Below, piece by piece: positions 1 to 9,638 of a stretch of 64,000 nt of DNA; the first letter of the stretch is position 1; the number at the start of each line of letters is the position of its first letter. Origin of the DNA: an uncultured delta proteobacterium (GTDB taxonomy: Bacteria; Myxococcota_A; Polyangia; Polyangiales; Houyiibacteriaceae); NCBI GenBank assembly GCA_963699755.1, contig CAVOVB010000003.1:288001-352000 (forward strand). Direction: 5' to 3'. A program made the translations under genes and the position numbers. The notes beneath the pieces were generated by a model, which was given only the letters and a program-made list of their open reading frames with translations, ran no database searches and was not told the origin of the DNA.

Positions 1-80
1 CGTCAGAGGCAGAGGCAGCGTCAGAGGCAGAGGCAGAGGCAGCGTCAGTGGCAGAGGCAGCGTCGGTGTCCGCGTCGGCG
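1..80 (+). repeat. Low-complexity GCAGAG/GCAGCGTCA tandem repeats encoding the Ala/Glu/Ser linker of E2
   Basis: Reads SEAEAASEAEAEAASVAEAASVSASA in the E2 frame from position 3. Confidence 0.85.
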
Positions 81-1085
81 CCTGGGTCGATCATTTCTGC
101 GGGCTCCTCTGAACTCGATCTCCATGGTCCCTTCGCCTCGCCCGCTGTTCGGCGGCGTGCGCATGAGTTGAATCTGTCGCTGCGGTCGGTTCGGGGCAGC
201 GGCGCACATGGGCGGATCACTCTCGATGACTTGGTGGGGGTCGACCAGAGAGCGCACTCAGGTTCGGAGGGCCGCGTTCGTATTTCGCCCTACGCACGCA
301 GAGTCGCCAGGGAGCGCGGCATCGATATCTCGCAGATTCGTGGCACTGGGCCGGGTGGGGCGATCCGAGCGAGCGATGTCCCGAGCACGAGTGCTTCTGG
401 GCCGAGCAAGCCGGTTTCGCCCGCCGAGCGCATGCAACGGGCCATCGCGGCGGCGATGACGCGGGCCAATGACGAGATCCCGCACTACTACGTCGAGCAA
501 AGCATCGACATGGGGAACGTCAGTGCATGGCTTCGCGACACCAACGCATCGCTGAGCGTGAGTGAGCGCCTGGTCTCTGGTGTGGTGGTCTTGCGCGCGG
601 TCGCGTTGGCGCTGCGCAAACACGAGACGCTCAATGCGACCTGGCAGGGCGCTGAGGCGGTGCCAAGCTCGGAAATTCACGTCGGGCTTGCGGTGTCGCT
701 TCGCGGAGGTGGGCTCGTGGCGCCGGCCTTGCAGCATACGGACGAGGGAAGCCTCACCGACCTCATGACCCGAATGACCGACCTGGTGAGCCGCGCCCGC
801 GCCGGGACGCTTCGAAGCTCCGAGATGAGCTCTGCAACCATCACTCTGACCTTGCTCGGGGAGCGAGGCGCCGAGAGCGTGACGCCGATCATCTTTCCGC
901 CGCAGGTGGCCATTGTCGGATGCGGCGCCACGGTCGAGCGGCCCTGGGTAGTGGATGGGCAGGTGGTGCCTCGGCCCGTCATGCGGGTTACCCTTGGCGC
1001 CGATCACCGCGTCAGCAATGGTCACCAAGGCTCGCGATTCTTGACCACCCTCGACCGACTGCTGCAAGAGCCGGAGAAACTATGA
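1..1085 (+). CDS. 2-oxoacid dehydrogenase E2 (dihydrolipoamide acyltransferase), 5'-truncated by window edge
   Basis: Frame open from window start. Two peripheral-subunit-binding motifs (ASPAVRRRA..GSGAHGRI; ISPYARRVA..GTGPGGAI) and catalytic DHRVSNG. Lipoyl domain presumably upstream. Confidence 0.92.
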   Translation, partial: SEAEAASEAEAEAASVAEAASVSASAPGSIISAGSSELDLHGPFASPAVRRRAHELNLSLRSVRGSGAHGRITLDDLVGVDQRAHSGSEGRVRISPYARRVARERGIDISQIRGTGPGGAIRASDVPSTSASGPSKPVSPAERMQRAIAAAMTRANDEIPHYYVEQSIDMGNVSAWLRDTNASLSVSERLVSGVVVLRAVALALRKHETLNATWQGAEAVPSSEIHVGLAVSLRGGGLVAPALQHTDEGSLTDLMTRMTDLVSRARAGTLRSSEMSSATITLTLLGERGAESVTPIIFPPQVAIVGCGATVERPWVVDGQVVPRPVMRVTLGADHRVSNGHQGSRFLTTLDRLLQEPEKL

Positions 1086-1324
1086 CCCTCGACGAGATAC
1101 GATCGACCTTGCTCCGCTGCCTGAGCGACGTAGCGCCAGAAATCAGTGACCAGGAAATCGAAGAGGACGCTGACCTTCGAGACGAGCTCGATTTGGATTC
1201 GATGGACATTCTTCGCTGGGTCCAAGGGATTCACAAAGCGCTCGGCGTCGAAATCCCAGAAGAGGACTATGGCGAGATCGCCAGTCTCCGGGACGCAATC
1301 CGCTATGTCGCAGCCCGCGTCTAG
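1082..1324 (+). CDS. Acyl carrier protein
   Basis: 80-aa acidic protein with LDLDSMD phosphopantetheine site; ATGA overlap with E2 stop. Confidence 0.9.
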   Translation: MTLDEIRSTLLRCLSDVAPEISDQEIEEDADLRDELDLDSMDILRWVQGIHKALGVEIPEEDYGEIASLRDAIRYVAARV

Positions 1325-3998
1325 CTCCGCGCACGTATGGCACACCCTATCTATCGACGCGGTCATGTCGCATCTGCATTGCTCCGCGCACGGCCTGGCG
1401 GGCGCCGAAGCTGAGGATCGATTCGCTCGATATGGTCCCAACGAGCTGCAAGCTGCGGGTCGTGTCTCCCCTTGGGCCATCCTTTTCCAACAATTCAAGA
1501 ACGTCTTGATCATCATTCTGCTGGTCGCAACGGGGATCTCCGCCTTCCTCGGACAGCGCGTCGAGACCATTGCCATCGCCGTGATCGTGCTTTTTGCCGT
1601 GGTCTTGGGCTTCATACAGGAGTACCGGGCGGAACGCGCGATCGAAGCGCTCCGGCAAATGGCTGCGCCTACGGTGACCGTCATACGCGATGGCCAAGAA
1701 ATCGAGATTCCGGCGCGCGAGCTCGTGCCCGGTGATCTGATTTTATTGCGCGCAGGAGACAAAGTGGCGGCGGATGCACGACTGGTCGAGTCGATCAACC
1801 TGGAAGTCGACGAAGCCGCGCTCACGGGTGAATCCATGCCCGTCGCCAAGAACACCGAGGCACTTCGCGGAGAGGACCTGGCCCTTGGCGACCGCGGGAA
1901 CATGGTTTTCGGCGGGACCAACGCCACTTACGGCCGAGGTCGTGCCGTCGTCGTCGCCACCGGTATGGCAACCCAGTTCGGCCGGATTGCCCAGATGCTG
2001 CAGTCCGTCGAAACCGCTAGGACACCGCTGCAACGGAATCTCGACAAGGTGGGTCGTGTTCTGGGTCAAGCAGCCCTGGTCGTCGTAGCGGTTGTCGTGG
2101 CCGTCGGCGTGGTCCGAGACCAACCCTTGCTGGAGATGTTCATCTTTGGAATCGCTCTAGCCGTAGCCGCAGTGCCCGAGGCCCTGCCGGCGGTTGTCAC
2201 CATCTCTTTGGCAATTGGCGTGCAACGGATGGTGAAACGAAACGCACTGGTACGGCGCCTGCCGGCCGTCGAAACCTTAGGCAGTACCTCGGTCATTTGC
2301 TCCGACAAGACCGGCACGCTGACCAGAGACGAGATGACGGCCCGGAAGCTTCATACCCCGGAAAGAACAACCACGATTTCCGGTAGCGGGTACGACCCCG
2401 AAGGCGAGTTTTCGCGGAGCGGTACGGTTGTCGAGCCCTCTCGAGAGGAGATGGACTTGTTGCTTGCGGCCGCTCTGGCCTGCGACGCGCACGTCGTCCG
2501 CGACGACATGCACGACAGCTGGCACATCAAGGGAGACCCGACCGAAGGGGCGATCATCGTTGCGGCCGCCAAAGCCGGAATGCGAAAGGTCGACCTGGAC
2601 CAAAAGTTCCCACGGGTCGCAGAGATCCCCTTCACGTCCGAAACCAAGCGGATGACGACCTTGCACTCCGTTGGCGACGCTCAGGTTGCATATGCCAAGG
2701 GCGCGCCCGAAACCATTCTCGATTCGTGCTCTCGACAACTGACGAGCCAAGGCGAAGTCCCGCTTGCGGATGCCGATCGAGAGGAGATTCTCGAGGCGGT
2801 CCGACAGATGGCCGGGGAGGCTTTGCGCGTGCTTGGGGTAGCCAAGAAGGCGAATGCGACGCTCGGAGATGCCGAGCGCGACATGACCTTTCTCGGTTTG
2901 GTGGGCATGATCGATCCGCCACGGCCCGAAGCTAGAGCTGCGATCGAACAATGCGAGCGAGCCGGCATCCGAGTCGTCATGATCACCGGCGACCATCCGA
3001 TCACCGCTCAGGCGGTGGCCGGCGAGCTCGGCCTGGTCAGCGAGGGGCATGTGGCGACGGGTGCAGAGCTCGAGAAGATGAACGACGAGGAGCTAGAGCG
3101 GAGAGTCGAGAACATCGAAGTCTATGCACGCGTCTCCCCGGCTCACAAGCTGCGGGTGGTCACTGCCCTTCAACAACACGGTCAAATCGTGGCCATGACA
3201 GGCGACGGAGTGAACGACGCACCCGCACTCAAGAAGGCCGACATCGGCATCGCGATGGGCATCACTGGCACCGACGTGAGCAAAGAGGCGGCGGCGATGA
3301 CCCTGATGGACGACAACTTCGCATCGATTGTTGCCGCGGTGGAAGAAGGGCGCGGAATTTTCGAGAACATCAAGAAGTACTTGATGTACCTGCTATCGGC
3401 GAACATCGGGGAGATCGGTCTCATCGCCGGGGCCGTGTTGAGCGGTCTGCCCCTGCCGCTAACCGCCGTGCAGATCCTGTACGTGAACCTCGCCACCGAC
3501 GGCTTACCAGCGCTGGCACTGTCTGTAGACCCTCCTGATGACGATCTGATGGAGCGCGCGCCACGCGACGCGCGCACAGGAATCTTCACGCGCCGGGTCG
3601 TAACGCTCATGGTCGTCGGAGGGCTGTGGTCGACTGCAGCGAATCTCGGTCTCTTCATTTGGGCTCTGCGATCTGGTGGTAGTGTTGCCCACGCCATGAC
3701 GATGACCTTCGTGTCCTTGGTCTTGGTCGAGTTCCTCAAGGCGTTCAACTTTCGGTCTGACCGCCGGTCGATCCTGCATCGGCCGTTTGCCAACAAGTGG
3801 CTGAACCTGGCGATCCTCTGGGAAATGGCGCTACTGGTGTTCATCGTGTCCTTTCCGCCGCTGCGGGAGCCGTTCGGCATAAGCCCTTTGTCGTCGGCGG
3901 ACTGGCTCATCGCGGCCTGCCCAGCCCTGACCATTTCGCCGGTCCTCGAGCTGACGAAGTGGCTCGGTCGACGCGGTTGGCTCGGAACCGAGGCCTGA
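1305..3998 (+). CDS. Cation-transporting P-type ATPase (type IIA, Ca2+-ATPase-like)
   Basis: [38 protein letters not shown] motifs; start chosen at ATG 1305. Confidence 0.93.
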   Translation: MSQPASSSAHVWHTLSIDAVMSHLHCSAHGLAGAEAEDRFARYGPNELQAAGRVSPWAILFQQFKNVLIIILLVATGISAFLGQRVETIAIAVIVLFAVVLGFIQEYRAERAIEALRQMAAPTVTVIRDGQEIEIPARELVPGDLILLRAGDKVAADARLVESINLEVDEAALTGESMPVAKNTEALRGEDLALGDRGNMVFGGTNATYGRGRAVVVATGMATQFGRIAQMLQSVETARTPLQRNLDKVGRVLGQAALVVVAVVVAVGVVRDQPLLEMFIFGIALAVAAVPEALPAVVTISLAIGVQRMVKRNALVRRLPAVETLGSTSVICSDKTGTLTRDEMTARKLHTPERTTTISGSGYDPEGEFSRSGTVVEPSREEMDLLLAAALACDAHVVRDDMHDSWHIKGDPTEGAIIVAAAKAGMRKVDLDQKFPRVAEIPFTSETKRMTTLHSVGDAQVAYAKGAPETILDSCSRQLTSQGEVPLADADREEILEAVRQMAGEALRVLGVAKKANATLGDAERDMTFLGLVGMIDPPRPEARAAIEQCERAGIRVVMITGDHPITAQAVAGELGLVSEGHVATGAELEKMNDEELERRVENIEVYARVSPAHKLRVVTALQQHGQIVAMTGDGVNDAPALKKADIGIAMGITGTDVSKEAAAMTLMDDNFASIVAAVEEGRGIFENIKKYLMYLLSANIGEIGLIAGAVLSGLPLPLTAVQILYVNLATDGLPALALSVDPPDDDLMERAPRDARTGIFTRRVVTLMVVGGLWSTAANLGLFIWALRSGGSVAHAMTMTFVSLVLVEFLKAFNFRSDRRSILHRPFANKWLNLAILWEMALLVFIVSFPPLREPFGISPLSSADWLIAACPALTISPVLELTKWLGRRGWLGTEA

Positions 3999-4108
3999 CG
4001 GTTCCTTGGGTCAGAGCCTACGGGCGATCAGCCAGATCCGTCGCAAGTACGGGCGCGAAGTCGATCCGGAGCGTGGCGGAAACGCCTGACTGTGGTAGAG
4101 CTGCGCCC

Positions 4109-4507
4109 ATGGACAAGACCGCGCCGATCTCCGATTTCATGACCCCGATACCGCACACAGTGGGCAGCGAGCAGACCATTACGTTTGCTCAGAAGCTCAT
4201 GGAGAAATACGGGATTCGCCATTTGCCCGTGCTGCACGGAGGCGAGCTCTACGGCATCGTGAGCGACCGCGACCTCGGCATGATCGCCGGCCTGAACGAG
4301 GTCAATCCCGACAACACCACCGTTGAAGAAGCGATGACCCAAGAGGCATACACGGTCTCCAAGGACACCCCGCTCTTCACCGTGCTCAAGGAGATGCTCG
4401 AGCACAAGTACGGCTCCGCGGTCGTCGTCGAAGGCACCAAAATCATCGGCATCCTCACCACGCACGACGCGCTCGCCTTGCTAGTCGAGAAATTTCCCAA
4501 CGCGTAG
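4109..4507 (+). CDS. CBS-pair domain protein
   Basis: IRHLPV..GIVSDRD and SAVVV..GILTTHD CBS motifs. Confidence 0.88.
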   Translation: MDKTAPISDFMTPIPHTVGSEQTITFAQKLMEKYGIRHLPVLHGGELYGIVSDRDLGMIAGLNEVNPDNTTVEEAMTQEAYTVSKDTPLFTVLKEMLEHKYGSAVVVEGTKIIGILTTHDALALLVEKFPNA

Positions 4508-4509
4508 TC

Positions 4510-5484
4510 CTAGTCGCCAGCCTCGAGCTCGTTGATGACCCTCGTGAGGAGTGGGGGATCGTCGGTCATGATGCCGTGCACGCCCTTGACCTCGATCAAC
4601 CATCGCATTTCTTGTTCGTCATTGACGGTCCAGATGTGGACGTACATGTCGAGCTCTTCGACTCGGGGAACGAAGCCGTCATGCAGCACGGGAATGGGGC
4701 CGCTTCCGCCGAGATTGTACTGCACTGGCAGCTGAAGGAACTCGCCTGGTGGGACGTACCCCGGATCGATCGGGAGCCAGGATTTGGTCCAGAATTCCAA
4801 GGATTCATCCTCGCTCAAGCTCGTGGCGATTTCGGGCGCCGCATCGCGAAGCTCGGCGAGGACCTCGGTAGAAAACGAGGCGCCGACCATCTTGTCCTCG
4901 AATTCGTACTGACGAATCAAATCGACGAGGTCATCTATGAGGGAGGGTTCTTGTTGCTTGACCTCGATGTTGACCGCGGTGTCTGGGTAACGTTCCAGGA
5001 CCTCTTCGAGCGAAGGCACGACTAGGCCCATCCCGCGATACGGATAGGTTGCGCCGCCGTCCGTGGTGAAGTGGTAACCAGCGTCGCACTCGCGAATCTC
5101 CGCAAAGGTCATCTCTTTGATGGCGCCCGAGCAACTCGTCGTGTCGTCCAGCGTTGCGTCGTGCATCACCACGATCACGCCGTCGAGGGTCTGGTGAACG
5201 TCCAACTCGAGCATGTCCGCACCGTCTTCGAGTGCCTGGTCATAGGCTTCAATCGTGTGCGTGGGACGAATCAGGAGTCCGCCTCCGTGGGCTATGTTGA
5301 GCACCTTGTCGCAGCGGAGCATCGCCTGGGGCGTCGTGCACTTCGGACCGCTGCCGGCCGCACCGCCTTCGCCACCGGCGCCCGCCTGGCCACCGCTGCC
5401 CGCGTTGCCGCCGCCGCTGCTCGATTCTCCGCAGCCGGACAAGATGATGGAAACTACGGTCAAAGCGAAGAAGAGCTTGTTCAT
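4510..5484 (-). CDS. Glycerophosphodiester phosphodiesterase family lipoprotein
   Basis: Lipobox ILSGC, Gly-rich linker, ELDVH, HD, WTVND, GIMTD motifs. Confidence 0.85.
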   Translation of the reverse strand: MNKLFFALTVVSIILSGCGESSSGGGNAGSGGQAGAGGEGGAAGSGPKCTTPQAMLRCDKVLNIAHGGGLLIRPTHTIEAYDQALEDGADMLELDVHQTLDGVIVVMHDATLDDTTSCSGAIKEMTFAEIRECDAGYHFTTDGGATYPYRGMGLVVPSLEEVLERYPDTAVNIEVKQQEPSLIDDLVDLIRQYEFEDKMVGASFSTEVLAELRDAAPEIATSLSEDESLEFWTKSWLPIDPGYVPPGEFLQLPVQYNLGGSGPIPVLHDGFVPRVEELDMYVHIWTVNDEQEMRWLIEVKGVHGIMTDDPPLLTRVINELEAGD

Positions 5485-5577
5485 GGCTGCCGCCTCCTAG
5501 ACGATGATGTAGCAGCAGTCGCGGCAGCTGTCCCTTCGGCCTTGTAGGCGCGTCTCGACCCTGGCACCTTTGCGACC

Positions 5578-7758
5578 GTGTCCAGTCGCACCGAGCTCAC
5601 CTTTTGCCGAATTTGTGAAGCAACTTGCGGGCTGAAGGCCACGATCGAAGACGATCGCATCGTGGCCGTCGAGCCCGACCGGGACCATGTCGTGAGCAAA
5701 GGTTATGCCTGTATCAAGGGACTTCGCTACCACGAGATTCATCACTCCCCCGACCGGCTGCGCTGGCCCTTGAAGCGCGTGGGGGACCGGTTCGAGAAGA
5801 TCAGTTGGGAGCAGGCGCTCCTGGAGATCGGCGCCAAGGTCCAGCAGCTGGTGCAGGACCACGGCGGGGATTCGGTCTCTGCGTATCTCGGCAACCCGAT
5901 TTCGTTCAGCTTGTTGCCTCCGGTTCTCATTGCTGCCTTCCTGCAGGGGCTCGGTTCGCGCAATCTGTTTCAGACCGGCTCTCAGGATTGCAACAACAAG
6001 TTCGCCGCGGCGGAACGGCTGTACGGCTTTCCGTTCATTCAGCCCTTCGCTGACATCGATCGCACGCAGTGTTTGATCATCATTGGATCGAACCCGGCCG
6101 TGTCCCGCGCGAGCTTCGTGCAGCTTCCAGACCCCATTCGACGTTTGCGCGCGATCGAAGATCGGGGGGGCAAGGTCTTCCACGTGAATCCGCGCCGTAC
6201 CGAAACGTCAAAGCAACTCGGTAGGCACGTGTTCATTCGTCCCGACACGGACATCTATTTACTGCTCAGCTTCCTTCACGAAGTATTGCGCCGCGATGCG
6301 ATCGATCACGATCGCGTCGAGGTCCACATGAAGGGGCTCGAATCACTGCGAAAGGTCGCCGAGGCCTGGCCGCCGGCACGAAGCGCGGAGGTGACCGGCG
6401 TTTCATCCCAAACGCTTGGCTCGATGGTCGATGCCTACCTCGGGGCGGACGGGGCTGCGCTCTTCCTTTCCACCGGGGTCAATCAGGGCAGTCATGGGAC
6501 GCTGGCGTTTTGGATTCAAGAAGCGATCAACGCGATCACGGGCAACCTCGACCGGCTCGGTGGGACACTCGTCGGCCATGGATTCGTCAAGGACTTCCCT
6601 AAGCTTGCGCGCAGAGGCGGCCATACGATGCGCAAGGACCTTTCGCGCATCGGCCAGCTCCCTTCGGTGGCCGATACGTTTCCCGCGGGACTCATGGCGG
6701 ACGAGATTCTAACCCCTGGAGATGGGCAGATCCGCGCGCTCATTTGTGTATCCGGCAACCCGCTCCTGACGGTGCCCAATAGCAATGGACGGCTCGAAGA
6801 GGCTTTGAAAGCGCTCGAGCTCCTCGTCGTGATCGACATCTTCCGAAACGAGACCGCCAATCACGCGCACTACATCCTTCCCGGTAGCAGCGCCTTTCAG
6901 CGACCGGACTTGCCGTTCGTGTTTCAGTCCTTGATGGGCGCCCAGCCGGTTCCATACGTGCAGTTCACCGATGCACTGCTGCCGTTGGAGGACGCGCAGC
7001 GCGATGAGACGATGATCTTGTTGGACCTCGGCCGAGCTTGTCGCTCCAGGCTCTTTGGATCACGCGTCGCAAATGGGTTCATCCGTGCTTGGGGGAGCCT
7101 CGGAAACCTGCCGCTTGTCGGAAGCCGATTTGGTCTCACTCCGGAGCGATTCCTCGCCTTGATGGCGCGCGCGTTCCGCATCGGCTCGCTTCGCAGACTC
7201 CGCCACGAGCCGCATGGGCGCTTGCTCGAACCGAACAAGGGAGGCGACTTCCTCGGGGAACGGGTCGTCACCGACGATGGGCTGGTCGATTTGGCGCCAG
7301 GGGAATTCGTCGAGGCCGCTGGTGGGCTCGAAGCCGCGTTCGAGCTCGAGAGGTCTCAGCGCGGCAAGCTCAAGCTGATCAGCAAGCGAGAGCAGCACAG
7401 CCACAACAGCTGGATGCACAATCTCCCCCGATTCGTCGAAGGCAAGCGCTCGACGAACTACCTGTACATGAATCCGGAAGATGGCCGCAGAGTAGGGGTC
7501 GAGTCCGGTGCCATGGTCGAGGTGCGCAGCAGTGTTGCGTCGGTACGGCTGCCCGTTCAGCTCACCGATGAGATGATGGTCGGCGCGGTGGCTCTTCCGC
7601 ACGGATGGGGACACCAGGGGGCCGACGGTCTGAGCGTGGCAAACCAGACCACGGGAGTGAACGTGAACCTGCTGGCCGCCGACGGCCCCGATGCGCTCGA
7701 GTATTTCTCGGGAATGGCGAAGCTGAACGGGATCTGGGTGGAGGTCCTAGCCGTCTAG
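5578..7758 (+). CDS. Molybdopterin-dependent oxidoreductase (DMSO reductase superfamily), substrate unknown
   Basis: N-terminal CRICEATC..C 4Fe-4S motif, DRLRWPLKR, GSNP, C-terminal molybdopterin dinucleotide-binding region (NSWMHN, PHGWG); no Tat signal. Confidence 0.9.
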   Translation: MSSRTELTFCRICEATCGLKATIEDDRIVAVEPDRDHVVSKGYACIKGLRYHEIHHSPDRLRWPLKRVGDRFEKISWEQALLEIGAKVQQLVQDHGGDSVSAYLGNPISFSLLPPVLIAAFLQGLGSRNLFQTGSQDCNNKFAAAERLYGFPFIQPFADIDRTQCLIIIGSNPAVSRASFVQLPDPIRRLRAIEDRGGKVFHVNPRRTETSKQLGRHVFIRPDTDIYLLLSFLHEVLRRDAIDHDRVEVHMKGLESLRKVAEAWPPARSAEVTGVSSQTLGSMVDAYLGADGAALFLSTGVNQGSHGTLAFWIQEAINAITGNLDRLGGTLVGHGFVKDFPKLARRGGHTMRKDLSRIGQLPSVADTFPAGLMADEILTPGDGQIRALICVSGNPLLTVPNSNGRLEEALKALELLVVIDIFRNETANHAHYILPGSSAFQRPDLPFVFQSLMGAQPVPYVQFTDALLPLEDAQRDETMILLDLGRACRSRLFGSRVANGFIRAWGSLGNLPLVGSRFGLTPERFLALMARAFRIGSLRRLRHEPHGRLLEPNKGGDFLGERVVTDDGLVDLAPGEFVEAAGGLEAAFELERSQRGKLKLISKREQHSHNSWMHNLPRFVEGKRSTNYLYMNPEDGRRVGVESGAMVEVRSSVASVRLPVQLTDEMMVGAVALPHGWGHQGADGLSVANQTTGVNVNLLAADGPDALEYFSGMAKLNGIWVEVLAV

Positions 7759-7762
7759 ATAC

Positions 7763-8012
7763 CGGGACGCGGAAAAAGGCGCGTCACGGGGCTGCGTCGA
7801 AGGGCTCGGCGCAGGCGCTCGTGTGGGGGCGGCGGGGTGGGGAGCGCGGGTTCGCGATTCCGGAGCTTGCTTTCTGACGGCGACGAACGAAGATGCAGTT
7901 GGCGAGAGGGTGAACTCATCATCTCCACCCCGCCGCCCCCACGCTAGCTCCTAGATTGTCACTCGCTACGTCGACTCCACCCCATGACGCGTTTTTCCGC
8001 GCCCCTGCATTC
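7763..8012. mobile_element. MITE-like non-coding element, copy 1
   Basis: Imperfect terminal IR (GGGACGCGGAAAAAGGCGCGTCACGGGG / CCCCATGACGCGTTTTTCCGCGCCCC). 7958-8012 matches 26511-26565 at 53/55 nt. Internal perfect 18-bp IR at 7823-7840/7925-7942. Confidence 0.65.
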
Positions 8013-8027
8013 AGCTCCTTCTACACA

Positions 8028-8146
8028 GGAGACCGGTTCGGGATGGGCAGCACAGCGATTGGGCCCGCGCCTAGCCGGTTGGCTCCGTGAAGAGCCGTGG
8101 CGACGGGGCGCCCAATCGCGAGCACGCCCGTCGCGAGCCGGTCTCC
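8028..8146 (+). repeat. Long imperfect inverted repeat (about 120-nt hairpin)
   Basis: 8028-8066 pairs with 8108-8146, with a symmetric internal loop. Confidence 0.7.
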
Positions 8147-8165
8147 GGTCGCATGGCTGATCGGA

Positions 8166-8765
8166 TCAGCCGGGGAGGAGAAGTTTGCCGGATTCGGTAG
8201 CGGAGAAGGCGGACCACCAGCGTGCGATCTTGTCGAGGCCGTCGACGGGTAGCTCGAGTGGAACTTGGTAGCCGAAGCACACGCCGATTGCGAAGTCTGC
8301 GAGGGTGAGGGTGTCGCCGGTGACGAACTTCTTGTCCGCCAAGTTGCCGTCGAGAATCGTTGCGTACTTACGGAAGTCACTGGTTGCGCGGTCGACGATT
8401 TCTTGATCGGGGTTACCGCGGCTGAAGAACTTCTGATCGAAGAGGCGATTCATCGCGTTGGTCAGGTGGTTGGATTCCCAGAACATCCATTGGAGGATCT
8501 GGTATCGCTTCGCGGACTTCGGCCAGAGCTCGGTGTCACCCTTGCCGGCGAGATAACAGATGATCGCATTCGATTCCCAGAGCACGGTGTCGCCGTCGAC
8601 CAGGGTGGGAACCTTGCCGTTCGGATTGAGCGCGAGGTATTCAGGGGTGCGCTGCTCGCCGGCGCGTAGGTCGACCGTTTGGGTCTCCAGCTCGACTCCG
8701 AGCTCCTTGGCGACAGCATGTACTTTGCGGGCATTCGGCGAGAACAGGTTGGTGTAGAGCTTCAT
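8166..8765 (-). CDS. Glutathione S-transferase family protein
   Basis: SPNARKV, NPNGKVPTL, ESNAI, TLADF motifs; GGAGG RBS. Confidence 0.93.
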   Translation of the reverse strand: MKLYTNLFSPNARKVHAVAKELGVELETQTVDLRAGEQRTPEYLALNPNGKVPTLVDGDTVLWESNAIICYLAGKGDTELWPKSAKRYQILQWMFWESNHLTNAMNRLFDQKFFSRGNPDQEIVDRATSDFRKYATILDGNLADKKFVTGDTLTLADFAIGVCFGYQVPLELPVDGLDKIARWWSAFSATESGKLLLPG

Positions 8766-8929
8766 CTAGCCTCCTCCATCAGGGGAGCTTACCCCGACTC
8801 CTGGGCGACTTTACAGGGCCGGCCAAACGGGGGTGATTGTAAAAGTTCTGTCACCAATGGAGGCATTTCTCGTAACCCGCTTCGGGGTCTGCAATACAGC
8901 CATTGAGAGCTGCGGGAGCGACAAGCGCA

Positions 8930-9562
8930 ATGATTAAGCGATGGATAGGCGAAGCATTCCTTCGGGTCGCCGGGTGGAAGACCGAGGGGGAACGGCCGTC
9001 GATTGACCGATACGTCATCATCGCTGCCCCGCACACGTCGAACTGGGACATGCCCCTCATGCTGGCGATGGCGTTCGTCTACGACATCCCAGTCCGCTGG
9101 ATGGGCAAGCATACGCTCTTCAAGGCACCATTCGAACCGTTCTTCAAGGCGCTCGGCGGCATTCCGATCGTGCGCCATCGTCCTGGTGGTGTCGTAGGTC
9201 AGATGATCGAGCACTTCGAGAACAACGAGTCACTCGTACTGATGGTTCCGGCCGAGGGCACGCGTTCACACGTCGACTATTGGAAATCCGGTTTCTACCA
9301 CATTGCACGGGGTGCCAATGTGCCGGTGGTCCTCTCGTATTTGGACTTCGGGAAGAAGGTCGGCGGCATTGGCCCTGCGATTGAGCTCACCGGTGATTTC
9401 CGCGCGGACATGGATCGGATTCGAGACTTCTACGCCGAGAAGGAAGGATTCCATCCCGAGAAAGTCGGTGTGATTCGGCTTCGCGAGGAAGACGTGGAAG
9501 AGCTCCTCGATCACCAGGGCAGCGGGTCGGAGGAAATCGAGCGCCTCGCGGGCAACCTGTAA
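8930..9562 (+). CDS. Lysophospholipid/1-acyl-sn-glycerol-3-phosphate acyltransferase family
   Basis: PHTSNWD (HX4D), PAEGTR, WKSGFY motifs. Confidence 0.9.
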   Translation: MIKRWIGEAFLRVAGWKTEGERPSIDRYVIIAAPHTSNWDMPLMLAMAFVYDIPVRWMGKHTLFKAPFEPFFKALGGIPIVRHRPGGVVGQMIEHFENNESLVLMVPAEGTRSHVDYWKSGFYHIARGANVPVVLSYLDFGKKVGGIGPAIELTGDFRADMDRIRDFYAEKEGFHPEKVGVIRLREEDVEELLDHQGSGSEEIERLAGNL

Positions 9563-9638
9563 CGTCTGCGCCAACTGAACGTCCTTTACAGCTCCGGCCT
9601 GATCGTGAAACGCTCGGGCCTTCGCGAAAGGTGTTCGA

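Noticed and set aside
1..80. Short tandem repeats as possible CRISPR or VNTR
   Set aside because: No spacers; the repeats encode the E2 Ala/Glu/Ser linker in frame
1001..1025. E2 catalytic DHRxxDG changed to DHRVSNG
   Set aside because: Asn at this position occurs in active E2 enzymes, so it is not evidence of inactivation
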